Shown piece after piece: positions 1 to 19,213 of a stretch of DNA of 64,000 bases (positions are counted from its first letter, which is position 1; each line of letters begins with the position of its first letter). Both the position numbers and the translations under genes were made by a program. The notes under the pieces are model-generated. The model was not told where the DNA came from and searched no databases. It was given only the letters and a program-made list of their open reading frames with translations. The stretch is from the human T2T-CHM13v2.0 reference genome, Homo sapiens. Where the stretch lies: assembly GCF_009914755.1 (NCBI RefSeq), contig NC_060926.1. One strand, given 5' to 3'.

Positions 1-1700
<1,700 letters not shown>

Positions 1701-1956
1701 TAGCTTTGGCAATAATAAAAAATTAAAAAGGAGGCATTTCAAAACTGAAAAATACCTACTTAAAATTCATACATATGACTATAAAGTCACATGACAGATT
1801 CTGCAAACTACATTTTGCATGTCTAAGTTTTCTAAACCACAGAAATTCATCATACAATGAGAGTAGGGGCTGTTAAGAACTTTAGCCTTGGATTTCAGTG
1901 CCTTGGAAAGTGGAAGTGAAGTACTGTCAAAATAAGGAGCTATAAATTCTGGATAT

Positions 1957-1970
1957 GTTGTCATGGCAAC
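1957..1970. promoter_or_regulatory. Candidate RFX X-box
   Basis: GTTGTCATGGCAAC, a 13/14 match to the palindromic X-box GTTGCCATGGCAAC, in sequence with no recognisable repeat. Confidence 0.45.
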
Positions 1971-2790
1971 TGAACCACTTTAATAAAGTGCATATTTGCC
2001 TAAAGAGCTATATTTACTGTGATAAGCCTTTCAAAATGTACATGTCAAGATGGAGTACTTTTAAGGTACATTCATTACTATCCAGTCCAGACTTACAAAC
2101 TATATAATTGCTAAACCTCTAGTCTCGGATGGATTCCCCCTCCTCTTCCCAAGTGAGCAATTTTTCTTAGAGTCTCCTCCACTGATATCACCTGCTTCCA
2201 TCACAACCAGAGATGCCAATGCCAAAGTTCAAGCCCCCCTTTTCCCACTCCTTTCCACTAGTGCTTCAAAAAGGTTTACGGTTACTAACATTATTATAAA
2301 GTTCAATTACATAACTGACTAAATAGGCTCTTAGGACTAACAAAGCAATTTAACCATCATTTGTGATATTGCTTTTTAGGAGAAAATGTGTTGGGAATAC
2401 CAAAACATCAAAAGTAACAAATGAACTTTTGGGATTCTCTTAGGTTCTTAAGATGGGGATTACATAGATTTTCATTTTAAAATGTACTATGCATGCATTT
2501 TAACTATTTTGATTTTATCCTAATAAAAACTATCACTGCATCATCAGATTTTAAATTATCTGAACAGGAATTTGCTTCCAAACGATCTTAAGTACATAGT
2601 ATGTGGAATAGCAGGTCCTCATAATAATCAGCATCTTGGTAGTGTCGGTTCAGGTTTCACAGAAGTTGCAGAAAATGCATGTATTCAAAACTCTATTTTA
2701 TTTTACTAGAATTGATCTGTTAGTAATAAGCCTGTTAGTCGAAGATCTAATTTAAGTAATTAATGAAGACTATACATTATATCTTATTTA

Positions 2791-3108
<318 letters not shown>

Positions 3109-3305
3109 TACAACAATGAAGAGAATATTCATGATTTTTTTTTCAGTGAAGATGTACACATCTTACTTTCTGAAGTAAAAGTAGTTAAAGAAAAATCTGT
3201 ATTGCACTAAAGACCTGTTAAAAGTTATTTGATTTCAAATTGTTGGCTTTTAAACAAATAATAAGAAAGAAAAAAAAGAAAGACAAAAACTTCAAACCTG
3301 AGCTA

Positions 3306-3746
3306 TGACAAAGACTCTCCTTTGACCTAACTTTAGTTAGGCTCCCCTGAGCCCTCTTTGCAACTAAGCCCTCACCTTGGCCTTCAGTGTCCATCCTGTC
3401 CTTGCCAGGCCTGCATAGCCCAGTCTTATAGGAACCCCACTAAGTCATTTCAGTGAAAATCCCCCCACTCTTGATATTGGATCTAGTTCCTTATTCCGTA
3501 CCTTTGATGTATAAACCCTTGGCCTGTCTTTAGCAAGAATCCCCTTACCCTTGATGTCTCCTCTTAGTAATTTTCCATTCATCAACTCTCTCAACCTACT
3601 TGCTGGCTATAAATCTCTACTTGTCCTTGTGTTTGGAATTGAGCTCAACCTCTCTCGTCTATTGCAAAAGAGTTGACCTCTACTGCAATAGTCTTGAGTA
3701 GTCTTCCCTACTGTTTTAACAAGTCAGAATAATCTTTTCTTTAACA
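3306..3746 (+). mobile_element. Solo ERV1 LTR, MER31-like
   Basis: Starts TGACAAAGACTCTCCTTTGACC and ends TTTAACA (TG...CA). 4-bp TSD GCTA at 3302-3305 and 3747-3750. Internal TATAAA. Confidence 0.8.
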
Positions 3747-3959
3747 GCTATAACTTGCAGCTAAGAGAGTGTGAGCACAAAGGAAGCTTCCCTTTAAGTC
3801 CTGAAGTCCTCAGAACCCAATCAAATGATAGTTTTGTTCAGGTATCGCATGACCTTTTAAGCTCTTTTTTTTTTTAAAGCTCTTTTAATGTCTTCTTAGT
3901 CACAGGTAAATTGTGATTGGTCTAAGCAAACCTAGCATTTTCCTTTCCCCTGCAAATGA

Positions 3960-4180
3960 TTCTGACTAATATGACACCTGAGGAGTCTGCTGGGGGTTTC
4001 AAAAAAACATCCTCCCTGACAAAGGCACTCTTAGGAACACTTTTCCTTGCTTTGGACATTATAGGCTGCACTTGATATCTGATATCCCGGAATGCAGCAG
4101 TCATCTTGGGGCTATAATAGGAGCTGTTGAGGGCAAGCAGTGAACTGGGTCAGACAACAGAAGACAGAAGAACCTGGGTT
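3960..4180. mobile_element. MLT1 (ERVL-MaLR) LTR fragment
   Basis: Motifs gagtctgctgggggtttc, gcagcagtcatcttgg and aagacagaagaacctgggt resemble old MLT1 LTRs. Confidence 0.5.
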
Positions 4181-4189
4181 CTCTCTCTT

Positions 4190-4625
4190 TTTTAAAAAAT
4201 AGCTTCACTGGGATACAATTCACATACCATAAAATTCACTCTTTTAAAGTGTACAATTCAATGGCTTTTAGTACATTTGCAGAATTGTGTATCATCACAA
4301 AAATCACAACCTAACAATGTTAGGACCTTTTCATTACCCTAAAAAGGATTCCTTTACCTCTCAGCTGTCACACCCCAGTTGCCCATCATTTCAGCTCTAG
4401 GTAAACATTAATTAACTTTCTGTCTCTATGGATTTGACTCTTTTGGACGTTCCATATAAATGGAATCATATAATATGTGTTTTCTGAGACAGCTTCTTTA
4501 ACTTAGTGTAATGGTTTCCAATCCATGTTGTAGCATACATCAGCACTTCATTTCTTTTTTAATGTCAAATAATATTCCATTGTATGAATATATATGCATT
4601 TTATTTACCCATCAGTTGATATACT
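4190..4625 (-). mobile_element. L1M (L1MB-like) 3' end fragment
   Basis: tacaattcacataccataaaattcactcttttaaagtgtacaattcaatggc... typical L1MB 3'UTR in antisense. Confidence 0.8.
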
Positions 4626-5517
4626 CTCTTATTTTTATTCATTTATCTAGCTCACCTTATACTGTTCCTTAATAACTTATTTATTTTGTGATAGTTGATT
4701 TACTTACTATCCTTTAAAATTATCTTAAATAAGCAGAGCCAAGTACCAAAGTAAAGGAGAATATGCATTGTTTATTTACTCCCCACCTAGCTTCTGCAGC
4801 TCACCACAAAAGGAAGGCTAGACATTGTCTTCCGGTATCCCTTCCCCCTTTGCCAATAGTTTTTAATTTAGAAACTTTTTCATTAGCCTGAAAAAACATT
4901 TTCAAATCTGTTAGTAAACATTTCCAAATCTGGTAGGAGACAGCCTTCAGGAGAAGACTGGCAGTTTCCATACCATAATGTCAGGGCTTTGAACATTTTT
5001 ACAGAGCCTCATGCCCAAATTTTCCCAAAGAAACACTAGTTTCACTTCAAAAGATGGTTCCAGTGAACTATCAAAAGTATTATTTTCTTATCTCAAGGAG
5101 TATTTTACTTCCTTATAAATATATCTGCAAATACAAATCTAATACCTCTAATACATTTAATCTTTTGACACTGATGGAGTTCCACAAGCAGCATGCTGAA
5201 AAGTAGATGGGATACAATACCTTGTGAAGAAGGCAATTCCAATTTAATATCTTAACCAGCATAGTTTTACAAAAAAACCCTGGGATCCTAAATCTTTCCA
5301 TAAGGTTTTCAGAACAAGTTATAATAAGGCAATCATTATCAATCAATCTATCAATTTGGCAAGGATACATGAGAACATTCCTGTGAATGACCTAATTCCA
5401 TTTACCCAAAATTTACCCAAATTTTGACAAAGTAAAGCCAATAGTATTATGAGCTTTAAAAAAGTTATTTTCATGGAGGTTTGATCATAAAAGTCACTGA
5501 TCAAAACAGCTAATCTA

Positions 5518-5814
<297 letters not shown>

Positions 5815-5843
5815 CTAATCTAATTCTTTTAAAACTGAATTCA

Positions 5844-6141
5844 GGCCAGGCACGGTGGCTCACGCCTGTAATCCCAGCACTTTGGGAGGCTGAGGCAGGT
5901 GGATCACGAGGTCAGGAGATCGAGACCATCCTGGCTAACATGGTGAAACCCCATCTCTACTAAAATACAAAAAAACTAGCTGGGCGTGGTGATGCACACC
6001 TGTAGTCCCAGCTAGTTGGGAGGCTGAGGCAGGGGAATCACTTGAAGCCGGGAGGTAGAGGTTACAGGTTGCAGTGAACCAAGATCATGCCACTGCACTC
6101 CAGCCTGGTGACAGAGCGAGACTCTGTCTAAAAAAAAAAAA
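5844..6141 (+). mobile_element. AluSc-like
   Basis: Full dimer; TSD AAAACTGAATTCA (5831-5843, 6142-6154). Confidence 0.95.
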
Positions 6142-6350
6142 AAAACTGAATTCAATTTTTAAAAACATTCTTGATTTATTTCTAAACTCCATCCACTAGT
6201 CATGACAATAAGATAATCAACTTTGTCCTACTAAAGTACAGAATACACCTTATTTGGGTGTTAAAAATCAAAATACACAGAATGTACAGACTTTAAAGTC
6301 TGTATCTTTTCCATGCCTATTTAGGGATGTTGAAAAATCACTAATAGGAA

Positions 6351-6505
6351 GCCAGGCATGATGGCTCATGCCTGTAGTCCCAGCTAGTCAGGAGGCTGTG
6401 GTGGGAGGACTGCTTGAGCCCGGAAGTTAGAGGATGCAGTGAGCCATGATCACACCACTGCACTCCAGCCTGGGCAACAAGAGCGAGACCCTGACCCTTA
6501 AAAAA
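6351..6505 (+). mobile_element. Alu monomer (FAM/FRAM)
   Basis: Single arm with A tail; TSD AAAAATCACTAATAG. Confidence 0.9.
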
Positions 6506-6582
6506 AATCACTAATAGAAAAACAGGTAACACATTAATCCATGGTCACTAACAAATATTATGTCTATTAAGCTATCTTTGTT

Positions 6583-6836
6583 GAATGATGGCTAAGCACA
6601 TGGACTGTGGAGCCAGACAGTCTGGGTTTGAATCCTAGCTCCATCACTTACAATGTGAGAGACATTGAGAAAGTCACTTAATCTCTGTGCTTTAATTTTC
6701 TCATCTATAAAATAAGATAAAAGTACCTACACCGCATAGGGTTGTGGTGAAAATTAAATAAGTTAGTCCATGAAATATGCTTGGATTAGTGATTGGCACA
6801 TAGTGAACATTATAAAAGTATTAGCTCTTATTATTA
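6583..6836 (+). mobile_element. MIR, near full length
   Basis: ggagccagacagtctgggtttgaatcctagctcc...ttttctcatctataaaat...ggcacatagt core motifs. Confidence 0.9.
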
Positions 6837-6899
6837 GCATATTTCTCCAGTAAAATGCAAAAACTATTTCAACCTCTTCCACTTCCTTTGAAATCATAA

Positions 6900-7285
<386 letters not shown>

Positions 7286-7349
7286 ACCTTTCCTTACTTT
7301 ACTCATCCTCACTTCCTTTCCTTTTGTAACAAGAGAGGTTATTTCTTCT

Positions 7350-7658
7350 TTTTTTCTTTTCTTTTCTTTTTTTTTTTGAGACAGAGTTTTGCTCTTGTTG
7401 CCTAGGCTGGAGTGCCACGGTGCACTCTTGGCTCGCTGCAATCTCTGCCTCCTGGGTTCAAGCAATTCTCCTGCCTCAGCCACCTGAGCAGCTGGGATTA
7501 CAGGCATGCAACACCACGCCTGGCTAATTTTGTATTTTTAGTAGAAACGGGGTTTCTCCATGTTGGTCAGGCTGGTCTCGAACTCCCGGCCTCAGGTGAT
7601 CCACCCGCCTTGGCCTCCCAAAGTGCTGGGATTACAGGCATGAGCCACCGCGCCTGGC
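7350..7658 (-). mobile_element. AluSp-like
   Basis: Full dimer; TSD agaggttatttcttct. Confidence 0.95.
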
Positions 7659-8718
7659 AAAGAGGTTATTTCTTCTTTTTCTATGGTAAACTCCTCTATT
7701 TGTGATTCCAACCTACCCATTCTTGCCACCTCAAAAACCTTACAACACTCAAGTGGATTATTTCCTTATCTTTAATAAAGCCTTCCTCCATGCCACATCT
7801 CCATATAGTTAATATACTCTTTCATCCTCTAAAATGGTAACATTATTATTTTATTTGCACTGTATTGATTATTGCTGACTTTCCTGCTAATGAAGAGGAG
7901 GCAGAGTGTCCCCAATTCAGAGCCAGAGATCCTTTCCGAAACTACAGAACTGGCACAAGAAGAAGCACTCTTCAGTCTCATATCTTCCCAGACCCTGTGC
8001 AGCAGGGAATATTGCAGTGGCCTCATTATACCTCACTGAATATTATAAATAGGATTCCACCTGTGCTAAGCTGCTGAGGCAATTAAAGAGGAAACACACT
8101 TTGTGCATAAGGAAAACGTGTTTAAAGTAATTTGCCTTCTGGAAAGTTGTTAAGGCACGAAGGAATGCTGCCATCCCTCTAGAGATAAGAAATTTTAAAT
8201 TATGGGTTGGCTTTAATCCTTTTCATAGAAAAATAACTGGCATTTCTCCCAAAATGGTTTCTTCTAAAAATAAGGCATTGTTTTGATGTGCCTGTTGTAA
8301 TGTACTTGAATTGAGAGATGGCTAGACCATATGTAACACATGTAACTGTTTTTTTTCTAGGAGAATATTATGCTGATCACAAATCTGAAGAATTTGTTTA
8401 TTTTCATCCATTGTATTCTCAACATACATTACAAAGCAACAAAAATAATGATATAGAAGAAAAGTAATTGTCCTAATTATCAGAGATTCTCCAATAGTTG
8501 ACTTTGTACTGGTAACATTGATTATTTTTGGTTCATTCCTTTACTATTTATCATCATTATTTTAAAAAATGTTCCATTGTTTTATTATTTATTTTTATTT
8601 TATTAGGTTTTTGGGGGAACAGGTGGTGTTTGGTTACATGGATATGTTCTTTAGGTGTGATTTCTGAGATTATGGTGCACCCATCACCTGGGCAGTGTAC
8701 ACTGCATCCAATGTGTAG

Positions 8719-9093
<375 letters not shown>

Positions 9094-11387
9094 TTATTTT
9101 TTGATTTTTAAATGATAGCCATTCTTACAGGAATAAGGTGGTATCGCACTGTGGTTTTAATTTGCATTTCCCTGATAATACGTGATGATGAGCATTTTTT
9201 CATTTTTTTTGGCCATTTGCATATCTTCTTTTGAGAATTGTCTATTCATGTCCTTAGCCCACTTTTTGATGGGATTATTATTATTATTTTTTTCTTGCTG
9301 ACTTGTTTGAGTTCCTTGTAGATTCTGGCTATTAGTCCTTTGTTGGAGGCATAGTTTGTGAAGATTTTCTCCCACTCTGTGGGTTGTCTGTTTACTCTGC
9401 TGACTGCTCCTTTTGCTGTGCAGAAGCTTTTACATTTATTTAAGTCTCATCTATTTATCTTTGTTTTTGTTGCATTTGCTTTTGGGTTCTTGGTCATGAA
9501 CTCTTTGCCTAGGCCAATATCTAGAAGGGGTTGTCCAATGTTATCCTCTAGAATTTTTATGGTTTTAGGTCAGATTTAAGTGTTTGATCCATCTTGAGTT
9601 GATTTATGCATAAGGTGAGAGATGAGGATCCAGTTTCATTCTTCTACATGTGGCTTGCCAATTATCCCAGCACCATTTATTGAATAGAGTGTTCTTTCCC
9701 CACTTTATCTTTCTGTTTGCTTTGTTGAAGATCAGTTGGCTGTAAATATTTGGCTTTATTTCTGGGTTCTCTATTCTGTACCATTAGTCTATGTGCCCAT
9801 TTTTATACAAGTACCATGCTGTTTTGGTGACTATAACCTTACAGTACAGTTCAAAGTCATGTAATGTGATACCCCTGGATTTGTTCTTTTTTGCTTAGTC
9901 TTGCTTTGGCTATGATGAGTCTTTTTTGGTTCCATATGAATTTTAGGATTGTTTTTTCTACTTCTGTGAAGAATGATGATGGTTATTTTGATGGGAATTG
10001 CATTGAATTTGTTGATTGCTTTTGGCCATATGGTTATTTTCACAATATTGATTCTACCAATCCATGAGCATGGGATGTGTTGACGTGTTTCCATTTGTTA
10101 GTGTCGTCTGTGATTTCCTTCAGCAGTGTTTTGTAGTTTTCCTCGTAGAGGTCTTTCAGGTCCTTGGTTAGGTATATTTCTTTCCTTTTTTTTTTTTTTT
10201 TTTTGCAGCTATTATAAAAGAGCTTGAGTTCTTGACTTGATTCTTGGCTTGGTCACTGTTAGTGTATAGCAATGTTACTGATTTGTGTACATCGATTTTG
10301 TATCCTGAAACTTTACTGAATTCATTTATCAGATCTAGGAGCTCTCTGGATGAGTCTTTAGGGTTTTCTGGGTATACGATCTTATCATTGGCAAACCATG
10401 ACAGTTTGACTTTCTCTTTGCTGACATGGATGCCCTTTATTTCTTTCTCTTGTCTGACTGCTCTGGCTAGGACTTTCAGTACTATGTTGAATAGAAGTGG
10501 TGAAGTGGGCATCCTTGCCTTGTTCCAGTTCTCAGGGGGGAATGCTTTCAACTTTTCCCCATTTGGTATAATGTTCGCTGTGGGTTTGTCATAGATGGCT
10601 TTTATTACCTTAAAATATGTCCCCTCTATGATGATTTGCTGAGGGTTTTAATCACAAAAGGATGCTGGATTTTGTCAAATGCCTTTTCTGCATCTATTGA
10701 GATGATCATGTAATTTTTGTTTTTAATTCTATTTAGGTGGTGTATCACATTTATTGGCTTGTGTGTGTTAAGCTATCCCAGCATCCCTAATATGAAACCC
10801 ACTTGATCATGGTGGATTATCTTTTTGATATACTGTTGGATTTGGTTAGCTAGTATTTTGTTGAGGATTTTTGCATCTGTGTTCATTAGAAATATTGGTC
10901 TGTAGTTTTCATTTTTTGTTATATCCTTTCCTGGTTTTGGTGTTAGGGTGATACTGCCTTCATATAATGATTTAGGGAGGATTCCCACTTTATCTTTCGG
11001 AACAGTTTCAATAGAATTGGTACCAATTCAGTTGTGAATCCATCTGGTCCTGAACTTTCTTTTGTTGGCAATTTTTAAATTACCATTTCAATCTTGCTGC
11101 TTGTTATTGGTCTGTTCAGAGTCTCTATTTCTTCCTGGTTTAATCTAGGAGTGTTGTATATTTCCAGGAATTTATCCATGTCTTCTAGGTTTTCTAGTTT
11201 GTGCACATAAAGGTGTTAACAGCAGCCTTAAATAATCTTTTGTATTTCTGTGGTATTGGTTGTAGTATCTCCTTTTTCATTTCTAATTGAGCCTACTTGG
11301 ATCTTCTCTCTTCTTTTCTTGGTTAGCCTCACTAATAGTCTATCAACTTTGTTTATATTTTTAAAGAACTTGTTTCTGCTTCATTTA

Positions 11388-11389
<2 letters not shown>

Positions 11390-11424
<35 letters not shown>
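11390..11424. repeat. (TG)n microsatellite
   Basis: About 17 perfect TG units. Confidence 0.97.
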
Positions 11425-11426
<2 letters not shown>

Positions 11427-11772
11427 GTTTCAATTTCATTTACTTCTGCTCTGACTTTTGTTATTTCTTTTCTTCTGCTGGGTTTGGGTCTGGTTTGTTC
11501 TTGTTTCTCTAGTTTCTTGAGGTATGACCTTAGATTGTCTTATTAGTGCTCTTTCACAGTTTTTGATGCCGGCATTTAATGCTATGATCTTTCCTCTTAG
11601 CACTGTTTTTGCTGTATCCTAGAGGTTTTGATGGGCTGTGTCACTATTATCATTCAGTTCAAAGAATCTATAAATTTCAATCTTGATTTTATTGTTGACT
11701 CAGTGATCATTCAGGAACAGACTATTTAATTTTCATGTATTTGCATGGTTTTGAGGGTTCTTTTGTAGTTGA

Positions 11773-12069
<297 letters not shown>

Positions 12070-12136
12070 ATGGAGTTGATTTATAATTTCATTCCACTGT
12101 GGTCTGAGAGAGTACTTGATACAATGTGATTTTTTT

Positions 12137-12435
12137 GGCTGGGCTCAGTGGCTCAAGCCTGTAATCCTAGCATTTCGGGAGGCAAAGTCAGGTGGATCAC
12201 TTGAGGACCAAAGTTCAAGATCAGCCTAGCCAATATAGTGAGACCCCATCTCTACTAAAAATACAAAAATTAGCTGGGAGTGGTGGCGCATGCCTGTAAT
12301 CTCAGCTACATGGGAGGCTGAGGCAGGAGAATTGCTTGAACCCAGGAGGCAGAGGTTGTGGTGAGTCAAGACTCTGCCACTGCACTCCAGTGTGGGTGAC
12401 AAAGTGAGACCCTGTCTCAAAAACAAAAACAAAAA
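12137..12435 (+). mobile_element. AluS
   Basis: Full dimer, head-to-head with the previous Alu. Confidence 0.95.
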
Positions 12436-13454
12436 CATTCGATTTTCTGAAATTTATTAAGGCTTGTTTTGTGGCCCATCATATGGTCTACCTTAGAGAA
12501 TGTTCCATGTGCTGATGAATATAATGTATATTCTGTAGTTGTTGGGTAGAATGTTCTCTAAATATCTGTTAAGTCCATTTGTTCTAGGGTACAACTGCAG
12601 AATGTTATGTACATATCTGTTATGTCCATTTATTCTAGGGTATAGTTTCAGTCCATTGATTCTTTGTTGACTTTCTGTCTTTATGACCTGTCTAGTGCTG
12701 TCAGTGGAGTAATGAAGTTCCCCTATATTGTGTTGTGGTCTATCTAACTTCTTAGGTATAGTAGTAATTGTTTCAAAAGTTTGGGAGCTGCAGTGTTAGG
12801 TGCATACATATTTAGGATTGTGGTATCTTCCTGTTGGACTAGTCCTTTCATCATTATATAATGTCCCTGTTTGTCTCTTTTAACTGTTGTTGCTTTAAAG
12901 TCTGTTTTTTTCTGATACAAGGATAGCTACTCCTGCTCACTTTTGGTGTCCATTTACATGGACTATCTTTTTGCACCGCTTTACCTTAAGTTTATGTGAA
13001 TCCTTATGTGTTAGGTGAGTCTCCTGAAGACAGCAGATACTTGGTTGATGAATTCTTATTCATTCTGCCAATCTGTAACATTTAAGCGCAGCATTTAGGC
13101 CATTTACAGTCAACGTCAGTATTGAGATGTGAGGTACTATTCTATTAATTGTGCTAGTTGTTGCCTGAATACCTTGGGCTCCCCCCCTCCACCCCCACCC
13201 CATTGTGTCATTGTTTTACAGGCCCTGTGAGATTTATGCTTTAAGGAGGTTCTGTTTTGGTGTATTTCAAGGATTTGTTTCAAGATCTAGTTTCATGATC
13301 TTTTTGCGATGAATTTCCTGGGTGTTCTTTGAGCTTCTTGTATTTGGATGTCTAGATCTCTAGCAAGGCCAGGGATGGTTTCCTTGATTATTCCCCGAAA
13401 TAAGTTTTCCAAACTTTTAGACTTTTCTTCTTCCTAGGGAACACCAATTATTCT

Positions 13455-13678
13455 GGCACCCAGGCTGGAGTGCAGTGGTATGTTCTTGGCTCACTGCAAC
13501 CTCTGCCTCCCAGAGAGGCAAGCCATTCTCATACCTCAGCCTCCTTTTTGTATTTTTACTAGAGATGGGGTTTCACCATGCTGGCCAGGTTGCTCTTGAA
13601 CTCGTGACCTCAGGTGATCCACCTGTCTCGGCCTCCCAAAGTGCTGGGAATACAGGCGTGAGCCACTGCGCCTGGCCC
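13455..13678 (-). mobile_element. AluS lacking 3' end and poly(A), with an internal deletion
   Basis: Perfect 18-bp TSD GGGAACACCAATTATTCT (13437-13454, 13679-13696). Confidence 0.9.
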
Positions 13679-13701
13679 GGGAACACCAATTATTCTTAAT
13701 T

Positions 13702-13998
13702 CTTTTTTTTTTGAGACAGAGTCTCACTCTGTCACCCAGGGTGGAGTGAGTGCAGTGGCATGATCTTGGCTCAAGGCAACCTCTGCCTTCTAGATTCAAG
13801 CGATTCTCCAGCCTCAGCATCCCAAGTAGCTAGTATTACTGGCGTGTGCCACCACACCTAGCTAATTTTTGTATTTTTAGTAGATACGGGGTTTCAACAT
13901 GTTGGCCAGGCTGGTCTTGAACTCCTGACCTCAAGTGATCCAGCCCCCTCGGCCTCCCAAAGTGCTGGGATTATAGGCATGAGTCACAGCACCTGGCC
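13702..13998 (-). mobile_element. AluSx/Sz-like
   Basis: Full dimer; TSD attcttaatt (13692-13701, 13999-14008). Confidence 0.95.
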
Positions 13999-14328
13999 AT
14001 TCTTAATTATTCTTAGGTTTGGTTGTTTAACGTAATCCCCAACTTCTTGGAGGCTATGTTCATTTTTAAAAATTCTTTTTATTTTTTATTTTTATTTTAT
14101 TTTATTTTTTTAATTTTATTATTATTATACTTTAAGTTTTAGGGTACATGTGCACAACATACAGGTTTGTTACATATGTACACATGTGCCATGTTGGTGT
14201 GCTGCACCCATTAACTCGTCATTTAACATTAGGTGTATCTCCTAATGCTATCCCTCCCCCCTTCCCCCACCCCACAACAGGCCCCAGTGTGTGATGTTCC
14301 CCTTCCTGTGTCCATGTGTTCTCATTCT

Positions 14329-18134
<3,806 letters not shown>

Positions 18135-18197
18135 TATGATGTTAGCTGGTTATTTTGCTCATTAGTTGATGCAGTTTCTTCCTAGCCTCGATGGTCT

Positions 18198-19213
18198 TTA
18201 CAATTTGGCATGTTTTTGCAGTGGCTTGTACTGGTTTTTCCTTTCCATGTTTAGTGCTTCCTTCAGGAGCTCTGGTAGGGCAGGTCTGGTGGTGACAAAA
18301 TCTCTCAGCATTTGCTTGTCTGTAAAGGATTTTATTTCTCCTTCACTTATGAAGCTCAGTTTGGCTGGATATGAAATTCTGGGTTGAAAATTCTTTTCTT
18401 TAAGAATGTTGAATATTGGCCCCCACTCTCTTCTGGCTTGTACAGTTTCTGCTGAAAGATCTGCTGTTAGTCTGATGGGCTTCCCTTTGTGAGTAACCCG
18501 ACCTTTCTCTCTGGCTGCCCTTAACATTTTTTCCTTCATTTCAACTTTGGTGAATCTGACAATTGTGTATCTTGGAGTTGCTGTTCTCGAGGAGCATCTT
18601 TGTGGCGTTCTCTGTATTTCCTGAATTTGAATGTTGGCCTGCCTTGCTAGATTGGGGAAGTTCTCCTGGATAATATCCTGCAGAGTGTTTTCCAACTTGG
18701 TTCCATTCTCCCCGTCACTTTCAGGTATACCAATCAGACGTAGATTTGGTCTTTTCACATAGTCCCATATTTGTTGGAGGCTTTGTTCATTTCTTTTTAT
18801 TCTTTTTTCTCTAAACTTTTCTTCTTGCTTCATTTCATTCATTTGATCTTCCATCGCTGATACACTTTCTTCCAATTGATCGCATCGGCTACTGAGGCTT
18901 GTGCCTTCGTCATGCAGCTCTCGTGCCATGGTTTTCAGCTCCATCAGGTCCTTTAAGTACTTTTGTGCATTGGTTATTCTAGTTAGCCATTCGTCTAATT
19001 TTTTTTTTCAAGGTTTTTAACTTCTTTGCCATTGGCTCGAACTTCCTCCTTTAGCTCTGAGTAGTTTGATCTTCTGAAGCCTTCTTCTCTCAACTCGTCA
19101 AAGTCGTTCTCCATCCAGCTTTGTTCTGTTGCTGGTGAGGAGCTGCGTTCCTTTGGAGGAGGAGAGGCGCTCTGATTTTTAGTGTTTCTGGTTTTTCTGC
19201 TGTTTTTCCCCAT
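18198..19213 (-). pseudogene. L1 ORF1p, frameshifted
   Basis: MGKNSRK... (72 aa) is broken at an A-run near 19000 and continues in another frame to ...PLQKHAKL*. Confidence 0.93.

Noticed and set aside
7865-8077. 70-aa plus-strand ORF in non-repeat sequence
   Set aside because: Non-ATG start, no recognisable homology, and length expected by chance.
12548-12642. Diverged 44-bp duplication (period 51) in L1PB; similar ones at 50211-50250 and 56292-56458
   Set aside because: Local duplications inside decayed repeats with no sign of function.
14250-14290. G-quadruplex-like tract (also at about 46745 and 50730)
   Set aside because: The standard G-rich tract of every L1PA 3'UTR.
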